Assembly (NCBI GenBank): GCA_037379345.1
Contig: CM074523.1
Span: 11,786,551-11,850,550 of the forward strand
DNA length: 64,000 nucleotides
Direction of reading: 5' to 3'
Source of the DNA: Perna viridis
Taxonomy: Eukaryota
Below, one piece after another: positions 1-14,090 of this stretch (positions within the stretch are counted from its first letter, which is position 1; every line of letters begins with the position of its first letter). Both the position numbers and the translations under genes were made by a program. Below the pieces are notes generated by a model that had not been told where the DNA came from, searched no databases, and worked only from the letters and a program-made list of their open reading frames with translations.

Positions 1-904
1 TTGTTTGATCCGTTGTCAAATTTTGAACACGTTCAAAATTTGTCACGGATAACCAAGTATTTCTACGTATTATCACGAATCATTACGGATATAAGCTACG
101 GGGCGATACAGATCGCTACGAGTTATGACGAATCGTATCCGTATATATTCCGGCAAGGCGATCCTTCAATGTGTGACCTAGAAATAAAACATCAATCTCA
201 ATTGTATCCATCAGTTCTGTCCGTACATCTGCTGGTATTTTTTTAGGTTTAGGTTTTGGTCCTCTCTTATTTTGCATTTGCTATTTTCTTTCCAGTGTCT
301 TTAAAATTCAACAATCATCGCTAGTGGCTATGTTGATATGTAGAGACACATATTGTCGTAAACAAATAGTAAGTTTTAAGTTTGTTTTCCTACAAATATC
401 AAAAATGATTTGCTTATTTGACACCAGAAAATCCAAGAGCAACTTTTAAAAACCAATAAGTGTCCAAAACGCAACACAATTTTCAGGCGTATAATGTATT
501 TATACAAATATACAAACATTTTGTTGTCAGAAATGACGACAATAGCTGTGTCTAACAAGTGAATTGACCAAAAAAGGCATGGTTTAATTACCATCAAAAC
601 TCCTGACACGAAGATTTGTGAAAATGTGTAATACAACGTATAGTTCACGGTATGTGATTTTGCAATTGGTGTCATTTATTATGATAAAAACTTCTAACCT
701 ACCCTTACGCTTTATTTTTAGTAACGGTGGCCAAATGTTTCAAAGGATAAAAAATCTCTACATTCCTTCCATGCATTATGTCATACGAATTCATAGCCAG
801 TTTGGTTCTAACTTGTTCAAATGTTTCAGAGGTGAAGAGTTTTAAAGATATAACATTAAAAATAGAGAAACAAAACGTGAAAAAGGGCAATAATTCAAAC
901 ATGG

Positions 905-1610
905 CGCATGACCTAGTTTCGGGGATTTAATAAATCGCATCTTCCCCAAAGAATTTCAGATAAAAGATACTACAGACACTGTGAAGTCAGCCTCATATCT
1001 TGAAATACACTTATAGATCGATGGTAAAGGAAAGCTTCTGACCAAACTATACGACAACTTTTACGATTACTTTGCATTCTATATTGTCAATTTTCCTTTC
1101 ATCTGTGACAACAGCCCTTCAGCATCTGCATATGGAGTTTTCATACCACTATTTATACGTTATCCCAAAGCTGACCGTAACTACGAAGACTTTTTACACC
1201 ACACTAGACTTCTTACATTAGGTTTCTGGAACATGGTAATGTTGCTACAAGATTTAATTCATTACTACGGAAATTTTATGGTCGTTATAATGAACTCATA
1301 GATCCTTACAGTGCACCCATCTACTCCAGGAGAACCAATTTGTTCAACGTGTCAAAATTTACCTTTCCTCTTTCGTCTATCCTGTCCTTGATCTGCTAAA
1401 AGCGACTCGGGTGTTTTCTAGAGAAGCATCGGAAATTTACCCTACCGGTGCACTTGTTTATTGCCCCCAGTTTATATTGGAGTCCGAGTTGCTCATTTAC
1501 ATCTGTTGCTCTGTACCTTTTTATTTGGTTATTTTATGTATTTTGTTGCGTGTGTCTGTTTTCCCCGTCTGGTCTTTGTCCCCGGGTTACAGTCTATTGT
1601 TTTTATGCAA
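905..1610 (+). mobile_element. Penelope-like element 3' fragment (RT C-terminus and 3' UTR)
   Basis: Colinear with the reverse complement of about 32930-33590 (aaagatactacagacactgtgaag ... ggagtccgagttgctcat). Confidence 0.85.
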
Positions 1611-3198
1611 TTTAAGTGCAACAAAAATGTAACAATGCCGATAACATATCCGTTTTACGGTACTGTTATACATTTGTCAGTATGTGAATATTTTAAATAT
1701 AAGCACATCAAATTATAAAAAAATGTGGGTTACAAATAACCTATAGAATTACAAATGTACATTCTTTTCAGTTTGAAAGCATATATTGCTGATGAAAAGG
1801 CGAAGTTTCATCAGGTAAATATTCATATTAAATAATTGTCAAGTTTCTATATAATAGTAGAGGATAATAATCCAATCTTTATTATTTTTATTATGTAATT
1901 ATAGGTATACAAATAAATTATAGCAGAAGGCTACTAGTGTAACATTTCTGATCGTAATTTCCTTGTACAAAGTAAAAAATTGCCAAGATAACACTATTTT
2001 TTTTAAAGTTACAAGAAATCAATAATTGTACATACTTGAACATTGACGATTTGTTTTTCAGCAATAAGGCTTGATAAAACACAATCTAAAACCTTGATAC
2101 AAAGAACATTTCAACAACAAAAAATACATCACAACTTCGAGTTTTAAGTTACAATAAAAACACACTCTGTTGTTTCTGCGAAGAATAAACAATATATTAC
2201 TCCATATAACAACAGTATATTCTTTATACATATATACAAATTATGCAAAAGTGCAAAGTTTGAATAATAATGTTTCTTTACTGGTTTAGTTATAGCAGAG
2301 GCACAGTAAAAGATCACTAAGGGTAAAGGATGAATGGAGTCCTGTTTTGGCATTGATGGCACTGGAAAAATATAAACAAATATGAACCTACATATCAACA
2401 GCTATTAAGTTGTATAAAAATTCGTCCTTTTAAGCTGCAATATGGACTTTAATTTAAGAAAAAAAGATTTTGGAAAAGATATCTGCCAACAACTTCTTTT
2501 TTTTTATCTATGCCGAAATTTCATTCAAAATCTAATCCCTACCAAATTCGTCTTTTAAAAAAACTTGTAAAAAGGTACTTTATAAATACGGAGCATTTGA
2601 TTTTGTTTTACTTTTTTACTGTCTGCTTTTAAAATACAGTATGCAGGTCGTTTCAATATTGATTTTTTTTCAAATGTACAGTACAAAACATGTAAAGTCA
2701 ATTCAGATAAATCAAAACATTAAAAGAAGAGGTAGTCGAAAAAAATGCATACATGTGTTCTCCATCAAATTGTTGAATGTCGTAAAGATTCATCTGTAAA
2801 TTTATTCTCGAACTCAGAATTATTTTTGTCATGTCTATGACAAGACACTTATACCTATGATGCCTGTCTATATTGAAGAAGTAAAGTTGGATAAAAAGAT
2901 TCTATTTTTCGTTTTGTAGCGCATGATGGATGGTGTTACAAAGACTAGACAACAGTTTTACGTTGCTGCAATGAAAACAAGATTATTATATTGTATAAGA
3001 TGCTCTGTAAAATTCGACATCGTGGAAAGCATTAGAGTTGGAATGGTTAAGCGGATAATAGGAATCGATAAATTAAAAATGATGTACGAAGGAAAAAAAC
3101 GGGCGAAATCATAAAAGAACGGACAGACATTCTGATCACTGGTTTTTCGATGTTTACTACACTGCTTTTGGCTGACGAATAAGTGATTTATAACGAAA

Positions 3199-3929
3199 TT
3201 ATGAATATGTCACTCCAAATGCGTCAAGAATTTTTGTAATTGGTGTGGCAATGCACCCTTTTTTGTCTGGAAAAGTAGCTATGAGCATTCCGACACAACC
3301 TCTAGGATGGTTTGGGTCTATTGCATAGATGCAGGATCCCGAATCTCTCATCTTTGCTGAAATATTAGTGATATACAATTGACCATACATTCTTCTGTTT
3401 GTCCGTACAAGTATCTGTCTTTTGTGACATTTTTGAAGAAACGCTGTTTGCGTATGGACATCTCTTACAAAGGCGGAATAGTTTGTGTTAACTTCACGAT
3501 ATATTGCGGTTTCAAGAATCTCATTAAACTCTTGTGTTAACTCTCTATACTGCATCTGTACATCTGTATAATATCGAAGAACAATGTCACAAACAGCTTC
3601 TTTGATGTTATTTTCCAGTTTATCCTCATTAGCTAATATATCTTTAATATCATTTCGCGAAGGAATGTCACGCGGTTTTTTATTATTGATATTTTGAAAA
3701 ACTGACCCAGCTATGACTTTAACATCATCTTTAATGGTATTCCAGTAAATATCAGTTATTTGTTCAAGAGTGAATGGTTCTCCGTCGTCACATATTTTAA
3801 CAGGGGAGTTAATTGACGACAGTCCAGAAACTGCCCAGGCACTAACAGCCTTTACTGTAGGTTTAGTTATTAAATGACTCAGATCTATGTGAAGAATACA
3901 GTTCTGGTTCAAGTATGTGGACTGCATCC
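3199..3929 (-). pseudogene. Copy A last exon, protease C-terminal half (RDSG)
   Basis: Open frame homologous to 28842-29833: MRDSGSCIYA, CVGMLIA, CIATPITKIL. Confidence 0.85.
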
Positions 3930-5120
3930 CTGAAAAATAATATCTAGCATCAGAGATTTGAAAATATGAGGTTCTGACAGTTGTTTAACTTTTTAATTGG
4001 ATAATATACCCATAAGACCATTTTTACGTTTTTAAATTACGTTATTTCTACTCAAACTCGACTTCAGCATGAAAACAAAGCACACGACTTCCATTGATAA
4101 TTTCTCTTATAAGCTTTCAATCTTGTTTAATGTGTCTAATTGAAAACAGCGACGAAAATATTTGTTTTTGAAAATTACTGCTTATATCTGATATAATTGG
4201 AAATATTATGTTTCTGTTAATTCATATATTAGCGTTATAATCAATGATCTATACAACTAGAAAAAAGGTGATAAAGACAAACAAGATGACACCCGTAGTA
4301 ATAGAGTGTCGTTGGAAAATATGTGTGTAATGTTTGAGGAATTTTAGACTGCTTCGTAGTGGAACTTTCCTATAAACTTAAGTTGTAAAAAGTTTCAAAA
4401 ATGGATAAATGCATGTTCCAAAACGGTTTCTTTTTCGTCTGAAAGTAAATGCCTTCCTCACACACACACAAAAAAAAGAATAACAAATAATAACAAAGAA
4501 CACGATAAAACTGAACTTGCCATTCCTGATCTGGTCAAATGAGTGGAATGTTTAACAAAATACGTATGACTGCTTCATTATCACAAAACCTATGACTGTA
4601 GTACTTATGCATGAATTAATCGTATAACTAAATAGTCATTCATTATTATACAAGAGTGTGATAGAGCAATTTGTTACCCCGCGAAAATCATTGTCATCAC
4701 AAGGCGTTGCCGAGGGTGACAATGTATTCTCAAGGCGTAACAAACTGTATCACCCTCTAAGATATATGTTATTTATTTTATTATACTGAATGTTCCACTT
4801 TCAAAGTAAGTCCCAACAATCAGTTTTGTATGTTTGCCTTTTGTCTTTATTTTCTTCACTAGAATTGTTTTATTTCTTTCAAGTCATATATTAAAGGTCA
4901 ACTATGGATCACGTCCCTTTTTGTCACCTTCATTGAATGAATCGGTGATTTCCGTGCTCACTAACACAGATGTGTATAAGATGACTTTTTAAACTTGTGT
5001 TTCTGTTTAAGTTTTTTTTGTGTATCGGTATTGTAATCAACTGTTACAAAGGTCTCTTACGAGACGGATTTTTAACAACAATGACATATATTTTCATTTA
5101 ACCACTTTCTTTACCAGTTC

Positions 5121-5365
5121 CAAAGAGTAATCAAGGGAACCAAGGCTATAGCGGTAATCAAAAGAATGTAATACAGGGATAAAGACCAGACATGGAAAAC
5201 AGACATACACAACAAATAACATAAAGTAACTAAAATCATACATACAAAGAAAAAAAAGCAAATGAGCAAGTCGGACTCCACTAAAAACTAGGACCATGGA
5301 CCATGTGCACCGGTAGGTAAGCGTCCTCTGTTTTTGTAGAAACACCCGCCGAGTTGCTCATAAAA
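5121..5365 (-). mobile_element. Penelope-like element 3' UTR fragment in a copy A intron
   Basis: Near-identical to 32888-33130. Confidence 0.85.
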
Positions 5366-5687
5366 GGTCAAACCTCAGTTATTTGTATTTCAACAATAAA
5401 ATTAGAAATGTTTGGGTACAGATTCGTAGTAAGAAAAAATATTAAGAAGTATTTTAATCGATGTTGTATCATTTATTGACTCCTCCTTCAAACGCAAAAC
5501 TGACTAAGATTGAACTGGTACTTAGTTTTTATCAGGGCCAGTTTAGCTTTTCACGAGAGGATAATAGACAACAAACTATCACCAATCTGAGCCATGTGAT
5601 AGAGCAGATTATTCCCCTCTTATTGAACCAATCGAAATTTAGCAAATTGAAATGAAGTGTAATAAAATAAATGTCATTTCCACTTAC

Positions 5688-6869
5688 CAATATCATGCAT
5701 ACTGTGTTTTTCATCACACGAATTAGCATCCAAAACATTGTCATTTTGATCAATATGCATTGCATCTGCTACTCTCACAAGTGCAGCATCAATGCTGACC
5801 TCTTTGTCATTGTCCATCCTAAAAATTGGATCGTAATGTTCCACTCAAAACCGTCGTTGACGCTTCACCACATTTTGCTGGTTCGTATATGTAAACATAT
5901 AGTTTCTCTTCATCATTTATACCACAATTTTTAGTTGCGAGTTGGTCTGGAGTAAAAAGCACATGTGCACACGTGATATATGTTGAATCTCCCCTTATTT
6001 TTACGAACCCGCCTAGAATACCGCTACGGTTTGGTGTCACCCCACTTGACTTCCTACTTTGATATTGCTACATAGTTGAGAACTGCCCTCGATGACATCA
6101 GTAGGAAGCCCATTGCAGTGAACTGGAAAGTGATCTTCTCCAACAGGAATGAAACCCTTCACTCGACAGTACAAGTGCAGACATTTCATCTCCTTGATTT
6201 TCCATTGTTCTAGATCTCTTTGCCTGAATCCTACAGACTTAAAAGGTGACGACAAGACTATAGTTAGTTTTGTATGTTTGTCAAAAATCTCCCTAGCGGT
6301 CTTCGCATCCACGCAAGTCTTTGATGGAAAATGAAGTACACCTTCAGCAGCCTGAATCTTGTCGTGAATTGAACTGCTCTCTTCACTGCCATAGTATGAG
6401 ATTTGCATAATTTGAACACCATGAAAGTTTTCTATCAAATCAGGATTTTTTGTCTCATTCTCAACTATTATTCGAACATCAGGTGAACATATAGTTTTCT
6501 TAGTCACACTTACTTTTGTGCAAATACATTTGAATCCTGGCCAAATATCAACGATATTTCCAAGAACAATTTCATTCGCTCTGTAAAAATGCTTTGTTAT
6601 GAACCATGAAATTGCTTTACAACAATCGTATTGATCTTTCTCAATACTTTGTTTCATAAGTTGATGTAATAAGGTAAAATTTGTGTCACACTCCGAATGA
6701 GATAGAATAAATCTGCACAACATTACTTGATTCTTTTGAACAGCATATTGTAGTAGTTGATGAAAGTTACAGCATTTAGACTTCATATATTCCGTCTTAT
6801 TTGCCATAAATAGTATTGATTCAAATTCATTTCCTCCAAAATCCTGTAATGATGATAGAACATCGATAT
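5688..6869 (-). pseudogene. Copy A protease exon (His, Asp) with two frameshifts
   Basis: 1182 nt, the same length as in copy B. Reads DIDVLSSLQDF... KGFIPVGEDHFP... GILGGFVK... YITCAHV... SIDAALV across three frame segments. Donor ATTG|GTAAGT. Confidence 0.85.
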
Positions 6870-7407
6870 CTACAAAGAAATAGGTTCTTTAAAAAGTGGC
6901 AAAATAAAATTAACTACAAATTAAAAGTTTTGACAAATGATACTGATGAGAATTTAACGTGTCCAAGTATTAAAATCCCCCAAAAAGGCCATCAAACTGT
7001 TTTTAATAGTTTGCCGTTTTAATTTATTGAGCTAAATTTAGTTAAAACGCACCTTACTAAAACGGCAGAAAAATATGTCCCGCACTTTTCTGCTATATAA
7101 GCAGATAGACAAATCAACGTCACAGATGCTTCGTGTTTAATTCAAATAGCTTCTTTTGGTTGTTGTATTGAATATATTTGATGTAATACGTCAAGACAAA
7201 ATTGAGAATCATGATGTGCCATCCGCTGTCTAATTCTCACACAGAACGGTACATTTATTAAGCATAATTAGTCAAACTATAATTATAACGGTTGCATAAG
7301 TCAATTTATTCATTTATTTTTTTCATAAAAATGATTTAAACAGTTTATTAGAGTATGTTTTTCTGTTGGCAATATTAAACAAAACACAGATGTTATTTTT
7401 AGTTTTG

Positions 7408-7438
<31 letters not shown>

Positions 7439-9566
7439 TGTTTTGTTTTTTGTTTTTTGTTTTTCTTTTAAGAAAAACGCGATGTAATTAGGGAACAAAA
7501 AAAGGAATGTTTCATTATTAAAAAAAGGGTCACAAAAAGTGTTATTATAGGGCATGTTCGTCAAAGCACTCATCTTAATTCAATACAAATATCACTTTAA
7601 AGTCAGTAGCGAACGGAAATCAAAACAAAACAAAAACACTTGAGCTGGTCAGGCAGCATTGTCGATGAAGATCTATGTTTTAGAGAAATCAGGAACTTGA
7701 AATATTCAACCATTGAATTTTAAATAAATCTAATTGCAATAAAAGGTATGGGCAACCTTTCATTCAAATGTAAGTATTGCATGTCGTCAATGTTTATAGC
7801 AACATAGTGTTAAGGGAGATCCTGACTAAGCTGGGGCGATAGGTCTCTGGGTCGTCCCAGAGGCAGCTTTGAATTAGAGATTTAAAATAGTATAATTAGG
7901 AGACACGTTCGACAGACATTAAGATCGTTGGCATTTATTAAAAAAACAAAACAAAACAAAAAAGAAAAAAAAAACGGAATGCCCTTTAAATATTAAGTTT
8001 CTAGCGGCTACCAGTTATCTGTGTTTAATGTTTTGAGGAATGATTTTATATTTGATCATTATCTGTTGGTTCATTTCATTATTTTTTGTTGTTTTTGCTA
8101 AAATAGCATGCATTTCAGATCTATTGAGATTTCAGAATTTGATTAGCCTCGCTTAAAATATAATGTTAGAAGATCTTTTTCATCAGCATATGCATATGCT
8201 CAAAAAAGAATTAAAACTATAATTTTTTTTCATTGTTTTAAACATTGTTATAACTGGCATCAATACCATCCAGTCACGCAACGTTTTGCTTCGTTATACA
8301 AAGTGTAACTGACCCTTAATGTTTACTGAGACTATTATTGTTTTTTCACATATTTAATTTATATTTTGAGTTGTCTTAAACCTTCTTAATTTTCCAGGTT
8401 TCATTCTGTTCATATGAATTTTTATCTTGTTTTCAAAGGAAGTATTGATATTTTGCAAATAGAGCCCTGCATACATCACCACATAAATCAACTTATATCA
8501 GGTCACTTTCAGAAAATGAGTAACGTAAACAATCTGATTTAGCTGCTTTTTGGCTTACTATTAAGGGAACGTTTTTTATTGTTCTATTCGGTGTATCAAT
8601 GATACATCACAACAACCAATTTTAATTTTATGACGGGGCCAAATACTTATTTTCAACGTGAAATTCGAAAAGCCCAAGTGGTTTGAAAAATGTTGCTTCA
8701 TTAGTGTATTTTGAATTTTCTCTTTGTATGACGGGCGTTGCTAGGAGGCGAGCTATGTTATTTTTTATTTTTTATTTGATTTTTAAATGCTGGTTTAGGA
8801 CTTGACAAAATTTCTGATTATATGAAGATTTATCTGATCTGACAGACAGGTATAGTCACTTTGTTCTCTGATTAAGGGGTATGCAAACTCTAGACAAACA
8901 GAGAAGGATTAAAACAGAACAGGAGAGCTTAGTAATAATTAGTCCACCATTTCACTAATATTTTCTCTATTTGAAAGACTATGACTGGGTTTGCGTGATT
9001 TTTCTTTAAATATAGTCTTAGAAAAAAGTAGTCTTTGACAGGGTTATCTGCCCTTGAAATGTTCGTTTTCAGTGCAGTTCAATGAAACTTAATTTACCAA
9101 AGTGATATGGCAAATCTTGTCCATTTCCTTGATTTTGATGGTGCAAATAGTCAAATTAAACTTTCAGAATGGTAGGCTTTTTTATACCACTCCCTGTTTC
9201 TTACAGAGACTGACACTTATTTATCATTGAAATGTTTCAGACTCAATGCATTAAAAATAAATGTCACACATTTTTTTTCTTTGGGGGGGGGGGGAGATAT
9301 AAATCGAAGTTTACGAACGATTAATGTTATTAAGACCTATCATTTTGTTGTTTTTAAATACTTGTTTGCCATTTTAATCAATCATTTTGAGTTAGACCTC
9401 TTACCGTGTCTCAAAAGTAAGAATACTGCTTACATTGGGCTTCTACCTTTTAAGCCTTGTGTTCTTGTAGTATTTGACCAGAAGTCGTTCAGGGATATAC
9501 TGTACTATGTATTACTAATTAAAAGAAATTAAATTATTGAGAAGAACTTCTGCATAATGTAATCAC

Positions 9567-9674
9567 CTTTAATCATTGTTTTGTCTTTGTGTACTTTGTA
9601 TCGCTCTTGTTTCTCGCTAACGATACAGTTTACAGCATAGCCGTTCAGCCAGAGTAGATTTGTCATTAGTGTAT
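9567..9674 (-). pseudogene. Copy A linker exon (DTLMTNLLWLNGYAVNCIVSEKQERYKVHKDKTMIK)
   Basis: 108 nt and open, with a ttttcag acceptor and AAAG|GTGATT donor, phase 1-1. Homologous to 37891-37999. Confidence 0.8.
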
Positions 9675-10221
9675 CTGAAAATAGAACCTTAACAATGACG
9701 TCTTATGTACTTCTATGCTTGAGAATCAGGCAAGATATGTATAAGGTGGGGCATATGAAGGAAAAAACGCAGAAATTTTGATGCATTAACCAAGTATTTA
9801 TACCTGAAAACTTCCAGAAATATCCATCAAAGTGTTTGTATTACATGTGTACTTGCCTTTTAAGACACTAATGGCTCAACGTAAAATGAAATGGCTCAAA
9901 TTAAGTTGAAATGCATAATGGAAAAAGGCGGGAAAATTTTTCTGCACTTTTTCCTTATGTAATGAGTCAAAATAAAATTTACAGTTTAGATACTTCGGGA
10001 CAAATTAAATGACTTTTTATTTGTTTTCCAGATGAATTGAAAATATTTGAGACACAAAAAACCTAATTCAGAAATATGAAGTGCCAACCATTTCCTGATT
10101 CTTACACATAATGAGACTTAAAATTGATGTTAAGATTTTAACGAAACCTTAATATATACAATAAATTAAATAAACCTGTAAATATGTTTAACATCACCAG
10201 AATATATATATAAAAGAATAT

Positions 10222-10404
10222 ATAGCCTAGCTGGTCGAGTGGTCTAGGGCGCTAGACTTAGTGCAGGCGGTGTTGCCATAGATGTCACAGCGGTACGAGT
10301 TCGAGTCCCGCGGAGGGAACGACCGACCGTAAATTTGCATCGCAAATAATTTGACAGATCTAATATTGTTGGGAATTTTTCAGACCCTTATATATATATA
10401 TATA
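10222..10404 (+). mobile_element. tRNA-derived SINE with (TA)n tail
   Basis: A-box TGGTCGAGTGG and B-box GAGTTCGAGTCC with long spacing (Leu/Ser-like), then a non-tRNA body and TA repeats. Multiple copies in the window. Absent at the paralogous copy B intron site (about 39665). Confidence 0.8.
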
Positions 10405-11345
10405 ATTAAATTAAATGAACCATATGATCCAACAATGCGATTTTAAAGGCATGGCATGCATTTTTGAAGTTCTTTCAAATCGTAAATAACTTTAACTTAT
10501 CATTTACCTAAAGGGTAGATATACTGGCTTTCTTTTGTTGCCATTTGTATATACGAGAGCCTTAGTTTAACACGTTTGGAAGCTTCCAGAATTTCGAGAA
10601 GAAGTTCCAATATCTAATATCCCAAAACTACCTAGTGACCTACTTGTCTAACATTTTTTCCCAATATTACCTGAAACTGCACCTAAAAGTTCAATGCTTT
10701 AGTTATACCATACTTTAAACCCATGCAATTCAATTCTACTTTTACATCTATAAGGACATGGAGATTGTGTTTTTTAGATTTTCTGAATGGTTTCATAATC
10801 GGTAAGGGGTAATGCAATATCGCCAGCAATGTCTGTATCCATCATTTGTGTTCCTGTACAATTATATTGTTAGAGGTAGTATGCGTTTTTCTTAGATATT
10901 TGATTAATACATAAAACTGTCTTATACCAAATCTAAATGGCTGCTAAAACTTAATGAAGTGGTAATGTTTGAACAATTATATGGAATACGTACAATTAAT
11001 AGAATGATCATGTAAAAGTTTTGTATTCTAAATGAGGAACAATATGTAATTCCACGTTGACGTATAATATGCATTCTTGTTAAAAGCACATTGATAAAAA
11101 TAACACCAAAACAAGTGCCCGTATTGCAGTGGAGATTTATTACACCACGACTTACACATGTTACAGATTGAATTAGCGATTATCAAATTTTTCAAAGCAA
11201 AAACAGAGTTACAGAATAAAGTAACAATATAAAAATAAGATCATGCACTAAAAAACGCACTCTTCAATTAAATATACTGATTTGTATATGTTTTCCCAGT
11301 TGATAAGCCTGTCTTGATTTTAGTAAATTGACAATTTATTCTTAC

Positions 11346-13060
11346 CATGTACTGCATTTACTGTTGGATTCATGTTTTTCCCATCATTTCTGACAGACGT
11401 TTTTTTTTCTATATACATCATCGTTGATTGGGATTATTTTGTTGTTATTCGAAAGTAAATACATCGCTATATCGTACTTTTCCTGTGCAAAGGCAGCATA
11501 AAAAGATGATTGTTCATTCCCACGACAAAAATGCCGTTCATCCGCCTCAAATAAAAATTTCACTAAATCTAGATTACCCCCTTTGCAAGCAGCATGCAGC
11601 AATGATGGTTCCTTCCTATCAAACAGTGTAACGTCAGAATTTATTAAAATTTTAACTAACGAGTTGTTACCTTCCTCCAATGCAATATATAACGGTGTTT
11701 TTCCATTTTTGTCACGCAATGAGGTATCAGAAATCTTTGTCTAGTAAAAGTTTTACAATTTCATCGTTCCCTGTCTGGCAAGCATGATGTAACGGCGTTT
11801 GTCCGTTGTTATCCCACAACGGAATATCAGCAACTTTGTTCAGTAAAAGTTTAACAGTGTTTTCGTTCCCAATATATTTCTGGCATGCAACATGTAACGG
11901 CGTTTGTCCTTTTTGATCACGCGAGGAGATATCAGCATCTTTGTCTAGTAAACCTTTTACAATTTTATCGTTTCCTCTCTGGCAAGCATGATGTAACGGC
12001 GTTTGTCCGTTGTTATTACGCAACGAGGTATCAGCTTTTTTGTCCAGTAAATGTTTTACAATTTCATCGTTCCCTTTCTGGCAAGCACAATGTAACGGCG
12101 TTTGTCCGTTGTTAGCACACAACGAAATATCACCAACTTTCTCCAGTAAATGCTTAACAGTTTGTTTGTTCATAATCCATTCCTGGCATGTGACATGTAA
12201 CGGCGTTTGTACGTTTTATCACGCAACGAGGTATCAGCATCTTTTTCTAGTAAAAGTTTTACAATTTCATTGTTCCCTTTTTTGCAAGCATGATGTAACG
12301 GCGTTTGTCTGTTGTGATCACACATCGAAATATCACCAACTTTCTCCAGTAAAAGTTTAACAGTTTGTTCGTTCATATTCTTGCATGCAACATGTAACGG
12401 CGTTTGTCCTTTTTTATCACGCAACAAGGTATCAGCATCTTTGTCTAGTAAAAGTTTTACAATTTCATCGTTCCCTTTCTGGCAAGCATGATGTAACGGC
12501 GTTTGTCCGTTGTTATCACACAACGAAATATCAGGAACTTTGTTCAGTAAAAGTTTAACAGTGTTTTCGTTCCCTTTTTACCATGCAACATGAAACGGCG
12601 TTTGTCTGTTGTTATCACGCAACGAGATATCAGCACTTTTGTCTAGTAAAAGTTTTACAATTTTATAATTCAAAATTCCTTTCTGGCAAGCATGATGTAA
12701 CGGCGTTTGTCCGTTGTTATCACACAACGAAATATCACCAACTTTCTCTAGTAAAAGTTTAGCAGTTTGATCGTTCAAAATACATTTCAGGCATGCGACA
12801 TGTAACGGCGTTTGTCCGTTTTTATCACGCAACGAGGTATCAGCATCTTTGTCCAGTAAAAGTTTTACAATTTCATCGTTCCCTTTCTGGCAAGCATAAT
12901 GTAACGGCGTTTGTCTGTTGTTATCACGCAACGATGTATCAGCATCTTTGTCTAGTAAAGGTTTTATAATTTTATAGTTCTATGTCTGGCAAGCATCATG
13001 TAATAGCGTTTGTCCGTTGTTATCACACAACGAAATATCAGCAACTTTGTCCAGTAAAAG
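11346..13060 (-). pseudogene. Copy A ankyrin exon, about 16 repeats, disrupted
   Basis: Five ORF fragments with GQTPLHHAC repeats. The terminal repeats (TPLYIA, PSLLHAACKGG, SSFYAAF) match copy B. Donor CATG|GTAAGA at 11346. Confidence 0.9.
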
Positions 13061-13257
13061 TAAAATTTTATATTTTCCAAAGTTCTTCAACATTTTAGCC
13101 AAATTTAAATATATATTGTTATCAATAATTTGTTTGAAAAGGTTTTCAATCCTACTCATTGAAAATCCCCATTCCCCGACACCATATCTATCTCCCGTCC
13201 ACATTATTCATCCCCCATTCTATTTCCCAAAAATACAATTGAATACCTCTTACAGAT

Positions 13258-14090
13258 ACTGTAACATCCCTTCAGCACCTACGTATTACATCAAACTCAT
13301 ACGTTTCGTCTAAACCAGATTTGACTTTATTAACACCTCGACAGTTTTGTTCTAGTAAAGCAGAGGACACTAACCCTACCGGTGCACCTAATGCTCATAA
13401 ACAGTAATGGTCTGGGTAAACAAAAGGGGAAAGGTGCAGATGGATATACCGTATCAATCCATGAGTACACTTTGACGACCATAACATGTCAGTAGTGATG
13501 ACTTCAATCTTATAGCAATAAAACTCTGTTCCAGAGGTCTATTATTAAGAAATCTACCGCGACACAAAAATTCTGCGTAGTTACGGCAAGTTCTAGCATA
13601 ACGTATGAGTATTGATATGAAAACACCATACGCAGGTGCTGAAGGGATGTTGCCACAGATGAAAGGAAAGTTGACAATACGGAATGAAAAGTCATCGTGT
13701 TTGTCGAATAGTTTGTTCAATAGTTTTCCTTTACCATCGGTCTCTAAGTGTAGGCCAAGATATGAGGCTGACTTCACAGTGCATGTAGTATTCGCTACTT
13801 CAATTTCGTTCGGGTAGATGCGATTAAAAAAACGAAACTAGGATTTTTTATATATATAATACGTCATCTATATAGCAGATATCAAGCTAAACGACGTTCC
13901 TTCTTTTTGATTAGACATTAGCAATAAAGTCAGCCTCATTAGAGTGAAGGTATTGGGCCGCAAATAGAGCATAATTTGTTCCCAGTAGAATGTCGACTGA
14001 TTAATATATATAAAAAAAAAAAGAAAAAAAAAGCGCTTTCACCACACTGGACAAACATGTTGTCGATCACAAATATCCAGCATTTTGGAA
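13258..14090. mobile_element. Penelope-like remnants: short + fragment (about 13258-13400) then inverted - fragment (about 13420-14090)
   Basis: ORF 13454-13777 reads KLFDKHDDFSFRIVNFPFICGNIPSAPAYGVFIS. Same arrangement as 45628-46165. Confidence 0.82.

Larger units (their letters stand above)
3199..13204 (-). pseudogene. Copy A: pseudogenised paralog of the ankyrin-protease gene (exons 11346-~13204, 9567-9674, 5688-6869, 3199-3929)
   Basis: Same splice sites and phases as copy B. In-frame stops at 12980 (TAG) and 12578 (TAA). Frameshifts at about 12215, 11730, 11405, 6040 and 5822. GDSG is changed to RDSG. Confidence 0.82.

Noticed and set aside
1-180. Palindrome-rich segments (also 4660-4780, 18290-18660 and 25540-26000)
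   Set aside because: Probably MITE remnants, but termini and target-site duplications could not be defined from this window.
7310-7573. Lys/Thr-rich ORFs (also 26624-26845 and 61007-61324)
   Set aside because: Low-complexity (TTTTG)n or A-rich sequence.
10222-10320. Functional tRNA gene (also 48990 and 49400)
   Set aside because: A and B boxes are present, but there is no convincing acceptor or anticodon stem and each copy is fused to the same non-tRNA body. These are SINE heads.
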